A stretch of 40,111 bases of DNA from a bacterium. Lineage in GTDB: Bacteria; Patescibacteriota; Microgenomatia; Levybacterales; UBA12049. The stretch lies in NCBI GenBank assembly GCA_021824155.1, contig JAKALN010000003.1:1-40111 (forward strand), given 5' to 3'. How positions within the stretch are numbered: the stretch's first letter is position 1; the number at the start of each line of letters is the position of its first letter. Both the position numbers and the translations under genes were made by a program. The notes below the pieces were generated by a model. The model saw nothing but the letters and a program-made list of their open reading frames with translations. It did no database searches and had not been told where the DNA came from. Shown here one piece after another: positions 14,720 through 22,272 of this stretch.

Positions 14720-15388
14720 ATGGCTAAATCTGCCCGAAAAATCAACGCAACGACACAAAGATTTACCGAAATACAAGATATAGTCGACGATGTTGTAATC
14801 TTATCCGGAGGAAGCGCGTGCCTTGTAATCGAGGTAACGGCCACAAACTTTGCCCTCCTTTCCGCAGAAGAGCAGGATTCCAAAATCTATTCTTACGCGG
14901 CATTATTAAACTCGCTTTCTTTTCCTATTCAAATATTAATAAGGAGTAAAAAACTGGATATATCGTCTTATTTAAAGCTTTTGGATAATGAATCAAAAAA
15001 AACCCAAAACCAAATGCTTGCCGAGCAAATAAGGCTTTACAGAGACTTCGTACAGGAATTGGTAAAAGTTAATACTGTTTTGGATAAAAAATTCTATATT
15101 TCTATTCCCTTCTCTTTCCTTGAAAAAGGAGCTGGAGCTGCGGCAACTACTGTTAACAAAAAAAGCTTTGACGCTTCTTCTATTGCCCAAACGGCAAAGT
15201 CCGCTCTTCATTCAAAGGCCGAATCTCTTCACTCCCAGTTGTCAAGATTAAATTTAAGGGCAAGGACCCTTGAGAAAGAGGAGTTGGTTAAGCTTTTTTA
15301 TGAAATCTATAACGATAATATTATTGAAACAGGGCAAGCGGGAGACAACATTAACGCACCTGTAGTCAAAAGCAGGGAAAATGTATGA
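14720..15388 (+). CDS. Free-standing protein resembling the N-terminal domain of VirB4/TrsE-type ATPases
   Basis: IQDIVDDVVILSGGSACLVIEVTATNFALLSAEEQDSKIYSYAALLNSLSFPIQILIRSKKLD parallels the region upstream of the P-loop in VirB4-family proteins, including the next ORF. No Walker motifs. Start abuts the upstream stop (14719/14720). Its stop overlaps the VirB4 start (ATGA at 15385..15388). Confidence 0.5.
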   Translation: MAKSARKINATTQRFTEIQDIVDDVVILSGGSACLVIEVTATNFALLSAEEQDSKIYSYAALLNSLSFPIQILIRSKKLDISSYLKLLDNESKKTQNQMLAEQIRLYRDFVQELVKVNTVLDKKFYISIPFSFLEKGAGAAATTVNKKSFDASSIAQTAKSALHSKAESLHSQLSRLNLRARTLEKEELVKLFYEIYNDNIIETGQAGDNINAPVVKSRENV

Positions 15389-17334
15389 AATTATTTGATA
15401 AAAAAAATAAAAAAACACAAGCTCCGCAAGCCGTAAAACAAACGGGAACCCCCGCCGCAATAGGCTCTCTTGAAAAAGGAATGGTTTCCCTTACGGATGT
15501 AATAGCTCCTTCCTCTATAGAGGTTGATTTTCATTTTATAAGAATCGGGGAAAATTTTTATAAAACCTCTTTTGTTGTTGGATACCCTCGCTTTGTTTCT
15601 CCAAACTGGCTCCAGCCTTTAATTGATTTTGACCACTCCATGAATATTTCTATGTTTATTTATCCAACATCCTCCCCGGACGTACTGTCTGATTTAAGGA
15701 GAAAAATTGCAGAGATGGAAGCAACAATATCTTCTCAGGTTGAGGAGGGTCAGCTTGTTGATCCTAAAGTAAAGGCTTCTTTAGACGATGCTTTGGCTGT
15801 GCAGGAGGAGCTTGCAAAAGGCGTTGAAAGATTTTTTCAGTTTAGCCTTTACGTAACTTTGTCTGCGGAAAACGTCAAAGAGCTTGATGACGCATCAAAA
15901 AGACTGAACACAACGCTTGGCTCCATCCTTATGCTTTCTAAAACAGCTACTCTCCAAATGGAAGACGGATTTAAATCAAGCATACCGCTTGCCCAAGACA
16001 GGCTTTTTATTACAAGAAATATGGATACAACTTCGCTTGCTTCAACTTTTCCTTTTACATCCGCAACCCTTGCCCAAGATAAGGGGGTAATGTATGGAAT
16101 AAACGAACAAAACGGTTCTTTGATAATTTTTGACCGGTATTCTCTTGAAAACGCCAACGAGGTTGTTTTGGGAAAATCCGGGGCGGGAAAGTCATATCTT
16201 ATTAAGCTTGAGGCAATGAGGCAATTTATGTTTGGAACAGAAGTAATAATAATAGACCCTGAGGGGGAATATGAAAGCCTAACAAAGACCATGGGCGGGG
16301 AACACGTTTCATTTACCCCATCGGATCCTGTAAGGATAAATCCTTTTGATATGTCCGGCCTTTACGAAGAGGGAGAAAATGAGCTTGGGCTTAAAATCTT
16401 ATCCCTGCACGGACTCTTAAGGATTATTATGGGCGACCTGGATGCCTCACATGATGCAATTTTAGACAGGGCGCTTGTTGAAACGTACAGACAAAAAGGT
16501 ATAACGGCCGACCCGGCAACCCAAAAAAACCAGCCGCCTTTAATGGAAGATTTATATAAAGTGCTTCTTGGAATGGAAGACCCTTCCGCAAGAGAGCTTG
16601 CTCTAAGACTTGAGAAATTTATTAAAGGAAGTTTAAGCGGAATATTTAACCAACAATCAAACTTTGACATTAAAAATCCCCTTACGGTGTTTAATATTAA
16701 GGCCCTTGAGGAAGAATTAAGGCCTGTTGCGATGCATATAGTGTTAGACTTTGTTTGGACAAGGGTAAGAAAGACCCTAAAAAAAAGGCTTCTTATCCTT
16801 GACGAGGCGTGGTATGTAATGAAATACCCCGATTCCGCATCTTTTGTATATAGCGTAGCTAAAAGGTCAAGGAAGTACTATCTTGCCTTAACAACAGCAA
16901 CTCAAGACGTGCAGGATTTCCTTTCTACCGATTACGGAAAAGCAATCTTGTCCAATTCCTCAATTCAGATGCTTTTAAAGCAAAGCCCCTCCGAGGTTGA
17001 CCTGGTTTCGCAAATATTTTACCTTTCCCAGGGAGAAAAAGAACTTTTGCTTTCGGCAGACATCGGTGAGGGATTGTTTTTCGCAGGACAAAGTCACGTT
17101 GCAATAAAAGTAATTGCCGCTCCTTTTGAACACACCCTGATAACATCAAACCCCCAAGAAATCCTAAAAATGCAGGAAGACGCTGTAGTGCCCCAAACCC
17201 CCGACATAACACTGCCAGAGCCCCCTACAGTGACACAAGATACTGTAGCAACACAAAGCGCTCCCTCGCCAACCGAACCGGTTTCTCCACTGCATAATAA
17301 CCCCGGTCAAACAGAGATTCAGAAACCTACTTAG
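15385..17334 (+). CDS. virB4: VirB4/TraC/PrgJ-family T4SS ATPase
   Basis: Walker A VLGKSGAGKSYL. Walker B KRLLILDEAWYVM. Family-typical length and layout. Pro/Thr-rich C-terminal tail. Confidence 0.88.
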   Translation: MKLFDKKNKKTQAPQAVKQTGTPAAIGSLEKGMVSLTDVIAPSSIEVDFHFIRIGENFYKTSFVVGYPRFVSPNWLQPLIDFDHSMNISMFIYPTSSPDVLSDLRRKIAEMEATISSQVEEGQLVDPKVKASLDDALAVQEELAKGVERFFQFSLYVTLSAENVKELDDASKRLNTTLGSILMLSKTATLQMEDGFKSSIPLAQDRLFITRNMDTTSLASTFPFTSATLAQDKGVMYGINEQNGSLIIFDRYSLENANEVVLGKSGAGKSYLIKLEAMRQFMFGTEVIIIDPEGEYESLTKTMGGEHVSFTPSDPVRINPFDMSGLYEEGENELGLKILSLHGLLRIIMGDLDASHDAILDRALVETYRQKGITADPATQKNQPPLMEDLYKVLLGMEDPSARELALRLEKFIKGSLSGIFNQQSNFDIKNPLTVFNIKALEEELRPVAMHIVLDFVWTRVRKTLKKRLLILDEAWYVMKYPDSASFVYSVAKRSRKYYLALTTATQDVQDFLSTDYGKAILSNSSIQMLLKQSPSEVDLVSQIFYLSQGEKELLLSADIGEGLFFAGQSHVAIKVIAAPFEHTLITSNPQEILKMQEDAVVPQTPDITLPEPPTVTQDTVATQSAPSPTEPVSPLHNNPGQTEIQKPT

Positions 17335-17352
17335 TTTTGTTATTATTAGTTT

Positions 17353-18369
17353 ATGGACCAAAATCAAGACCAGGAAGAGCGCAAAAAAGAAGGGCCGCTT
17401 ACCCGCTCTATCAACACAGTTAATAGAGGCAGAGACTATTTAAGGTATGGTAAACAACTAAGAAATTTGGCTAGGGTCGGCCGGGCCGCGCAGGGAGCTG
17501 AAGCAGCGGGAGAAGGGATAATGGCTGCTGCGGGAGCAGGAGAAGGGGCTGCGGCATTAGCCGGCGGAGCGGGAGCCGCAGGCAGCGCAGGAGCCGCTGC
17601 GGGAGCAGGAGCAGCAGGTGGTGCGGTGGCCGCCGGAGGCGCTGCTGCTGCAGGAGGGGCAGCTACCGCGCCCGCATGGATCCCAGTTGCTGCTGTTTTG
17701 GGAGTGTGTTTGGTTGTAGTTATTATTGTTGTTGTTTTTTTCGGAGGCGCTCCGACGGCTAATGGAGGCGACCTAAACACACCCGCCCCGACAGAATCAG
17801 CAAGCCCTTCCCCGTCCGGCCAATTCCCAAACAACATCACCAACTGGGCAAAACAAATAAGCGATAAGATTGAACCCTTTTATCCGCCCTGTGGAAATAT
17901 TTTTATGAATAATGTTATGCTGCAAACCGTAACAAATGGTACATACACCGCGCACAAAAAACCAGGCTCATCTTGCGGAATAGCCGCAAGTACTTATTAC
18001 TGTTCGGATTTAATAATAGATTCTTATAATCTTTCGGGGGTTAAAGTGGGTTTTTGGGAATGGGTTCCTAATATGATTAGCGGCTGGTCATCTGTCCCGG
18101 GATTAAGCGTTAGAAAAACCAACAACGTTAACGGGCTACAACCCGGGGACGCTGTTTTTTGGCTTACTAACGCCAATAATTATGGTTCTGCGCAACACGT
18201 TGACATGATATACAATATTGACGTCGGCCAAAGCGGAAACGGCACTGTTACCACAATAGATGCAAACACTAACAATAAATTTAATACGTTTTATGTTAAG
18301 AATTGGGGTATAATTGGAATCTGGACAGACGGAGCAAATAGCCCGTGGTTTGGGCTGGCGCCAAGATGA
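17353..18369 (+). CDS. Membrane-anchored papain-fold (NlpC/P60- or CHAP-like) cell-wall hydrolase with a long N-terminal Ala/Gly low-complexity tract
   Basis: Ala/Gly tract at aa 42-107, TM helix WIPVAAVLGVCLVVVIIVVVFF, then a C-terminal domain with candidate Cys (YYCSDLII), GDAVFW, candidate His (AQHVDMIY) and TIDANTN. The position after VirB4 matches PrgK-type hydrolases. Confidence 0.6.
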   Translation: MDQNQDQEERKKEGPLTRSINTVNRGRDYLRYGKQLRNLARVGRAAQGAEAAGEGIMAAAGAGEGAAALAGGAGAAGSAGAAAGAGAAGGAVAAGGAAAAGGAATAPAWIPVAAVLGVCLVVVIIVVVFFGGAPTANGGDLNTPAPTESASPSPSGQFPNNITNWAKQISDKIEPFYPPCGNIFMNNVMLQTVTNGTYTAHKKPGSSCGIAASTYYCSDLIIDSYNLSGVKVGFWEWVPNMISGWSSVPGLSVRKTNNVNGLQPGDAVFWLTNANNYGSAQHVDMIYNIDVGQSGNGTVTTIDANTNNKFNTFYVKNWGIIGIWTDGANSPWFGLAPR

Positions 18370-18821
18370 ATAATGTTTTTTTAATTCTTGCTAAAAAATA
18401 TTTTGTGTTTATTGCTTTTGGGCTTTTCTTATTAGCTTTGTTTATTTTGGCTTTTTTACCAAAAAATAAACCACCTGCAACGCAAATAGCCCCTTCGCCA
18501 ACCGTCCAACCAATAATAAACCCAGGACAATCACAATCGGAAAAACAAGGACAAGCCGACTATCAATACAATAAGGCTATTAACGATTTTTATTCCTCAC
18601 ATCCATGGTACAATAAAATTCCTCCAAAAAATAATGATTATTTTATCGGGTACGATGCTTCAACAAGTAGTTTTTTTGTTGAGCTTTATCCAAAAACAAC
18701 ATCTGGTGTTTCTGTTAACGATCAGGTCGCACGGCTAAAAAACGAGGTTATCCAAACTCTTAATTTGATTGGGGTTGACACATCTTCTTATAAAATAGAT
18801 TGGTTGGTATACCCTCAATAA
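18366..18821 (+). CDS. Small bitopic membrane protein (positional analogue of PrgL/VirB8-like components)
   Basis: ATG 18366 overlaps the upstream stop (ATGA). N-terminal TM FVFIAFGLFLLALFILAF followed by a ~110-aa soluble domain. The functional call rests on gene order only. Confidence 0.6.
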   Translation: MNNVFLILAKKYFVFIAFGLFLLALFILAFLPKNKPPATQIAPSPTVQPIINPGQSQSEKQGQADYQYNKAINDFYSSHPWYNKIPPKNNDYFIGYDASTSSFFVELYPKTTSGVSVNDQVARLKNEVIQTLNLIGVDTSSYKIDWLVYPQ

Positions 18822-18825
18822 ACCA

Positions 18826-19935
18826 TTATCCCTGCACTCTGATTGGCATTATTAAATGAAGGAAGGAGTTGTCGCCCGATGCTTTAAACACTCCCGCACC
18901 CAAAGGACCTGACATTTCAAAAACAACGCTTTCTTCTTCCGTGTTTGCAAAAAAATCTAAAAGGTACCTCCCGTTAAACGCTATTTCATTTTCTTCTCCG
19001 GAGATTTTTGCCTCCACCTCAACCGTATCTTCACCAACGCTCGGACTGTTTGCCGAAACAACAACCTTATCTTTTTTTAAAGAAAACTTTACTATGTTTG
19101 CTGTTTCCCTGGCAAACACCGAACATATTTTTACAGCCCGTTGCATTTCGTCCCTATCAAATTCTGCTTTTGTGTCAAACCCTGAGGGAATTATTTTTTC
19201 ATAGTTTGGGTACTCTGCCTCTATCAACCTGCCAACCAGAACCGTCTCCCCCTGTGTAAAAATAGCCTGGTTGTTTTTACCGGAAACGTTTAGCACGATT
19301 TCCTCGTCTTGTTTTATGGAAATCAATTCCCTTATTGCCCTTGCCGACAAAAGAAGCTGCTCAGCACCTTCCCCTTTTTTTGTTTTTAACAAAACGTTGT
19401 TTTTTAAAGAAAGCCTGTATCCGTCTGTTGCTACAATCAAAAACCCTCCGCCTTCCTTCTTGATTAAAACCCCCGAAAGCGCCGGTCTTCCACTGTCTTG
19501 GCTTGCCGCAAAAACCACCCTGTTGAACTCCTTAACAAGTGTCTCTTTTTTTAGGGTTGCTATCTCTTCCCCTTTGTCCGTGTAAAGTTTTGGGAAATCC
19601 TCTGCCGGCATTGTCTGAAAAGTCATTCTTATTTTTTTGCCTTTTAATTCCAGGTTTTGTCCTTTTGTTTCAAGGGTTATTTTTTCTTCCGTTATGTTGT
19701 TTATCAGGTCAAAAAACGTTTTTGCCGGAACCGTTGTTTCCCCTTCTTCCTCAACGTTTGCGGGAATAGAAGAAGATATGCCTATCTCTAGATCTGTTGC
19801 GCTAATGGTAAGTTTTCCTTTTGATGCATTAAGAAGAAAATTGGAAAGAATCTCCAATTGACTGTTGCCGGAAACGGCATGGTTTAAGAAAGATATTTTT
19901 CCCCGCAAGTTTTCTGTTAAAAAAGAAACAATCAT
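18826..19935 (-). CDS. dnaN: DNA polymerase III beta sliding clamp
   Basis: 369 aa, typical three-domain clamp length and sequence character, immediately downstream of dnaA. Confidence 0.93.
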   Translation of the reverse strand: MIVSFLTENLRGKISFLNHAVSGNSQLEILSNFLLNASKGKLTISATDLEIGISSSIPANVEEEGETTVPAKTFFDLINNITEEKITLETKGQNLELKGKKIRMTFQTMPAEDFPKLYTDKGEEIATLKKETLVKEFNRVVFAASQDSGRPALSGVLIKKEGGGFLIVATDGYRLSLKNNVLLKTKKGEGAEQLLLSARAIRELISIKQDEEIVLNVSGKNNQAIFTQGETVLVGRLIEAEYPNYEKIIPSGFDTKAEFDRDEMQRAVKICSVFARETANIVKFSLKKDKVVVSANSPSVGEDTVEVEAKISGEENEIAFNGRYLLDFFANTEEESVVFEMSGPLGAGVFKASGDNSFLHLIMPIRVQG

Positions 19936-20007
19936 ATTAAATACTTTTGTTGTTGTTGTAGTTTATCTTGAAAAGTGGAAAAAAGCAAGGGAACATGGGC
20001 AAAAAAA

Positions 20008-20049
20008 TGTTGATAAAAAGGGCAAATCTTTGTTGATAAAAAGGGCAAA
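20008..20049 (-). promoter_or_regulatory. Two 19-bp direct repeats, each carrying a one-mismatch DnaA box (TTATCAACA)
   Basis: TGTTGATAAAAAGGGCAAA at 20008..20026 and 20031..20049, period 23 bp, in the dnaA-dnaN intergenic region. On the minus strand the box reads TTATCAACA versus the consensus TTATCCACA. Confidence 0.55.
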
Positions 20050-20060
20050 AAACAAGTCTT

Positions 20061-21410
20061 TTAATATTCCGCAAGTTTTCCACCGTCAAAATTCTTTATC
20101 CCCAAAATTTCTTGAGAAAAACCGTTTGTTTCTACCATTTTTTCCACTTTTTCCACACCATACATTACCGTTGTGTGGTCTCTTCCGCCCAAAATATTTC
20201 CAATTTCAACATAGGTTAAGTCCAGGTCTTTTTTTAAAACATACATAGCGACCTGTCTTGCCCTAACTAAAGAAGCGTCTCTTTTTGAGCTTTTTATTTG
20301 GGTTGGCTTAATCTTGTAGTATGCGCAAATGTTGTTAATTATGTCGTCGGGGTGGAAAGGCTTTTTTACTTCTGTGCCATTGTCTAAAACACTTAAAACA
20401 AGGGCGCTGTCCATAGAAACCCCTTTTGCCTCCGCCTCTGTCATGACCCTAAGCAGCGCGCCTTCAAGGCTTCTTGCATCCTGCTCTTTTTCGGCAATCG
20501 TTTTTGCAACATCAATTGACAAATCAAAGCCGTATTTCTTAGCCTTTATAAGGGTGATGGCCGTTCTTAATTCAAAATCAGGAGTATCGATGTCGACCGT
20601 AAGCCCCCCGGAAAATCTGGATAAAAGCCTTTTTTCAACTTTTTTTATTTCGGACGGTGGTCTGTCGGAAGAAAGCACAATTTGCGAGCCGTTATCAACA
20701 AGAATATTAAACGTGTGAAAAAGTTCTTCCTGAACCTTTTCCTTTCCCGCTACAAACTGTATATCATCTATTATTAATACTCCGGCGTTTCGAAACCTTT
20801 TTTTCATCTGCGCGGTGCTGTTTGTCCGTATGGCGTCTACAACCTCGTTTGTAAACTCCTCGCTGGTTGTATAAATTATTTTTTTACTTGAGTCTTTTTG
20901 GTAAATTTCGTTTGCTATGGCCTGCATGAGATGGGTTTTCCCAACTCCGGTTGGCCCATAAATAAAAAGAGGGTTATAAGCGGTTCCGGGTTTTTTTGCA
21001 ACCGTTGTTGCGCTTACATACGCCAACTGATTACTGGATGAAACGGCAAGGTTTCCAAAGGTGTAATCCGGTCTGACTCTTGGGAGGTGACCAACGTAGC
21101 TTTCAGTTTTTTCTTCATGTTCAAAAAGAGGGCCCGCGTCTTTTGTTTTGTCTTCGGCTATGGTGGTTTTTGGGACAAACACAATTTTTGACTCCTCCCC
21201 TATGTTTTTATCTACAGATTTTTTTATAACGTCATAAAACCTTCTTTGTAAAAGGTCTATTATCATTACAGAAGGAGCGGCGATTGTTAGAACTCCGTCT
21301 TGGCAGGATAAAAGCGTTGTTCTTTTGAAAAGAGTTAGATAATTTGCCTTTGAGACTTCGAGTTCTATTTCTCCTAAGATTTTCTCCCAAAGTTCTTTAT
21401 TTTCGTCCAT
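20061..21410 (-). CDS. dnaA: Chromosomal replication initiator DnaA
   Basis: 449 aa. AAA+ Walker A GPTGVGKTHL. C-terminal DNA-binding domain (...VRARQVAMYVLKKDLDLTYVEIGNILGGRDHTTVMYGVEKV). Confidence 0.96.
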   Translation of the reverse strand: MDENKELWEKILGEIELEVSKANYLTLFKRTTLLSCQDGVLTIAAPSVMIIDLLQRRFYDVIKKSVDKNIGEESKIVFVPKTTIAEDKTKDAGPLFEHEEKTESYVGHLPRVRPDYTFGNLAVSSSNQLAYVSATTVAKKPGTAYNPLFIYGPTGVGKTHLMQAIANEIYQKDSSKKIIYTTSEEFTNEVVDAIRTNSTAQMKKRFRNAGVLIIDDIQFVAGKEKVQEELFHTFNILVDNGSQIVLSSDRPPSEIKKVEKRLLSRFSGGLTVDIDTPDFELRTAITLIKAKKYGFDLSIDVAKTIAEKEQDARSLEGALLRVMTEAEAKGVSMDSALVLSVLDNGTEVKKPFHPDDIINNICAYYKIKPTQIKSSKRDASLVRARQVAMYVLKKDLDLTYVEIGNILGGRDHTTVMYGVEKVEKMVETNGFSQEILGIKNFDGGKLAEY

Positions 21411-21433
21411 ATCGGTAAAGTGCAGTTTAATAA

Positions 21434-21442
21434 TGTGGATAA
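21434..21442 (-). promoter_or_regulatory. Perfect consensus DnaA box inside the putative dnaA promoter
   Basis: Plus strand TGTGGATAA equals minus strand TTATCCACA. It lies between TTGACA (21453..21448) and TAAACT (21429..21424) upstream of the dnaA ATG at 21410. Confidence 0.65.
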
Positions 21443-21524
21443 CTTCTTGTCAAGATGAGAAAATAGATAAAACTATGTCTCTTTTTTTTTGGCAAGGCTA
21501 GCTCTTTTAAAAGCATTTTTATTT

Positions 21525-21533
21525 TGCTATACT
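21525..21533 (+). promoter_or_regulatory. Extended -10 promoter of rpmH
   Basis: TGcTATACT, ending 7 nt before ATG 21541. Confidence 0.45.
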
Positions 21534-21540
21534 TAAAAGA

Positions 21541-21675
21541 ATGGAAAAACTCAGAAAGCTTAAAAAGCTAAAAAGAAAAAGAAAGCACGGATTTTTGTCC
21601 AGGAAAAAAACAAACGGAGGGAAAAAAGTTCTTAAAAAAAGAATTGCAAAAAAAAGGAAAAAATTAACAGTTTAG
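21541..21675 (+). CDS. rpmH: 50S ribosomal protein L34
   Basis: 44-aa ORF, below the ORF-track size cutoff: MEKLRKLKKLKRKRKHGFLSRKKTNGGKKVLKKRIAKKRKKLTV. It matches the L34 pattern (KRKR.HGF..R......G.KVL..R..KGRK.L). Canonical position before rnpA. Confidence 0.9.
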   Translation: MEKLRKLKKLKRKRKHGFLSRKKTNGGKKVLKKRIAKKRKKLTV

Positions 21676-21678
21676 TTA

Positions 21679-22023
21679 ATGCTTAGTAAAAAATACCGTC
21701 TGCTTGAGGGAACAAGACTTAACGAGTCAATAACTACCCCATTTTTTGTTATAAAAACCGCAAAAAATGAGAAAGCGTATAGTAGGTTCGGTTTTACGGT
21801 TTCTAAAAAAATAGACAAAAGAGCGGTTGTGCGAAACAGGATTAAAAGACAAGTGCGCAGCTGTGTAGAACAAAATCTGGAAAAAATAAAACCGGGCAGA
21901 GACATTCTCTTTATAATAAAGAAAGGGGCGGTAGGAAAAGAAACGGGAACACTTTGTCAGACGGTTTTAAAAGAATTTGAAAAAAACAAATTTCTAAATA
22001 ACGCTCTTAAGAAAGAAACATAA
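21679..22023 (+). CDS. rnpA: RNase P protein component
   Basis: 114 aa. RFGFTVSKKIDKRAVVRNRIKRQVR motif. rpmH-rnpA synteny. Confidence 0.9.
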   Translation: MLSKKYRLLEGTRLNESITTPFFVIKTAKNEKAYSRFGFTVSKKIDKRAVVRNRIKRQVRSCVEQNLEKIKPGRDILFIIKKGAVGKETGTLCQTVLKEFEKNKFLNNALKKET

Positions 22024-22053
22024 GATAATCTAAGCAAACCAAAGGTTGGAGTT

Positions 22054-22272
22054 ATGAAAAAATTTATTTTAACAACAATAGATATTTATCAAAAAATAAT
22101 TGCGGTTGTTTTATTTAACTTAGGGTTAAAGGGAGATTGCAGGTTTTCCCCTACATGTTCTGAATACGCAAAAATTTCAATAAAAGAGAAAGGGGTTATA
22201 AAAGGCACACAGCTTGCGATTACCCGTCTTTTAAAATGTCAGCCTTTTTATAATAGTAAACAATATGTTTAA
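22054..22272 (+). CDS. yidD: Membrane protein insertion efficiency factor YidD
   Basis: 72 aa. CRFSPTCSEYAKISIKEKGVIKGTQLAITRLLKCQPF is characteristic of YidD. Lies between rnpA and yidC. Confidence 0.9.
   Translation: MKKFILTTIDIYQKIIAVVLFNLGLKGDCRFSPTCSEYAKISIKEKGVIKGTQLAITRLLKCQPFYNSKQYV

Noticed and set aside
17436-17843. 135-aa minus-strand ORF rich in Ala/Pro/Gly
   Set aside because: It is the mirror image of the GCN/GGN low-complexity tract of the hydrolase gene. It is open only because the tract lacks stop-forming triplets on either strand.
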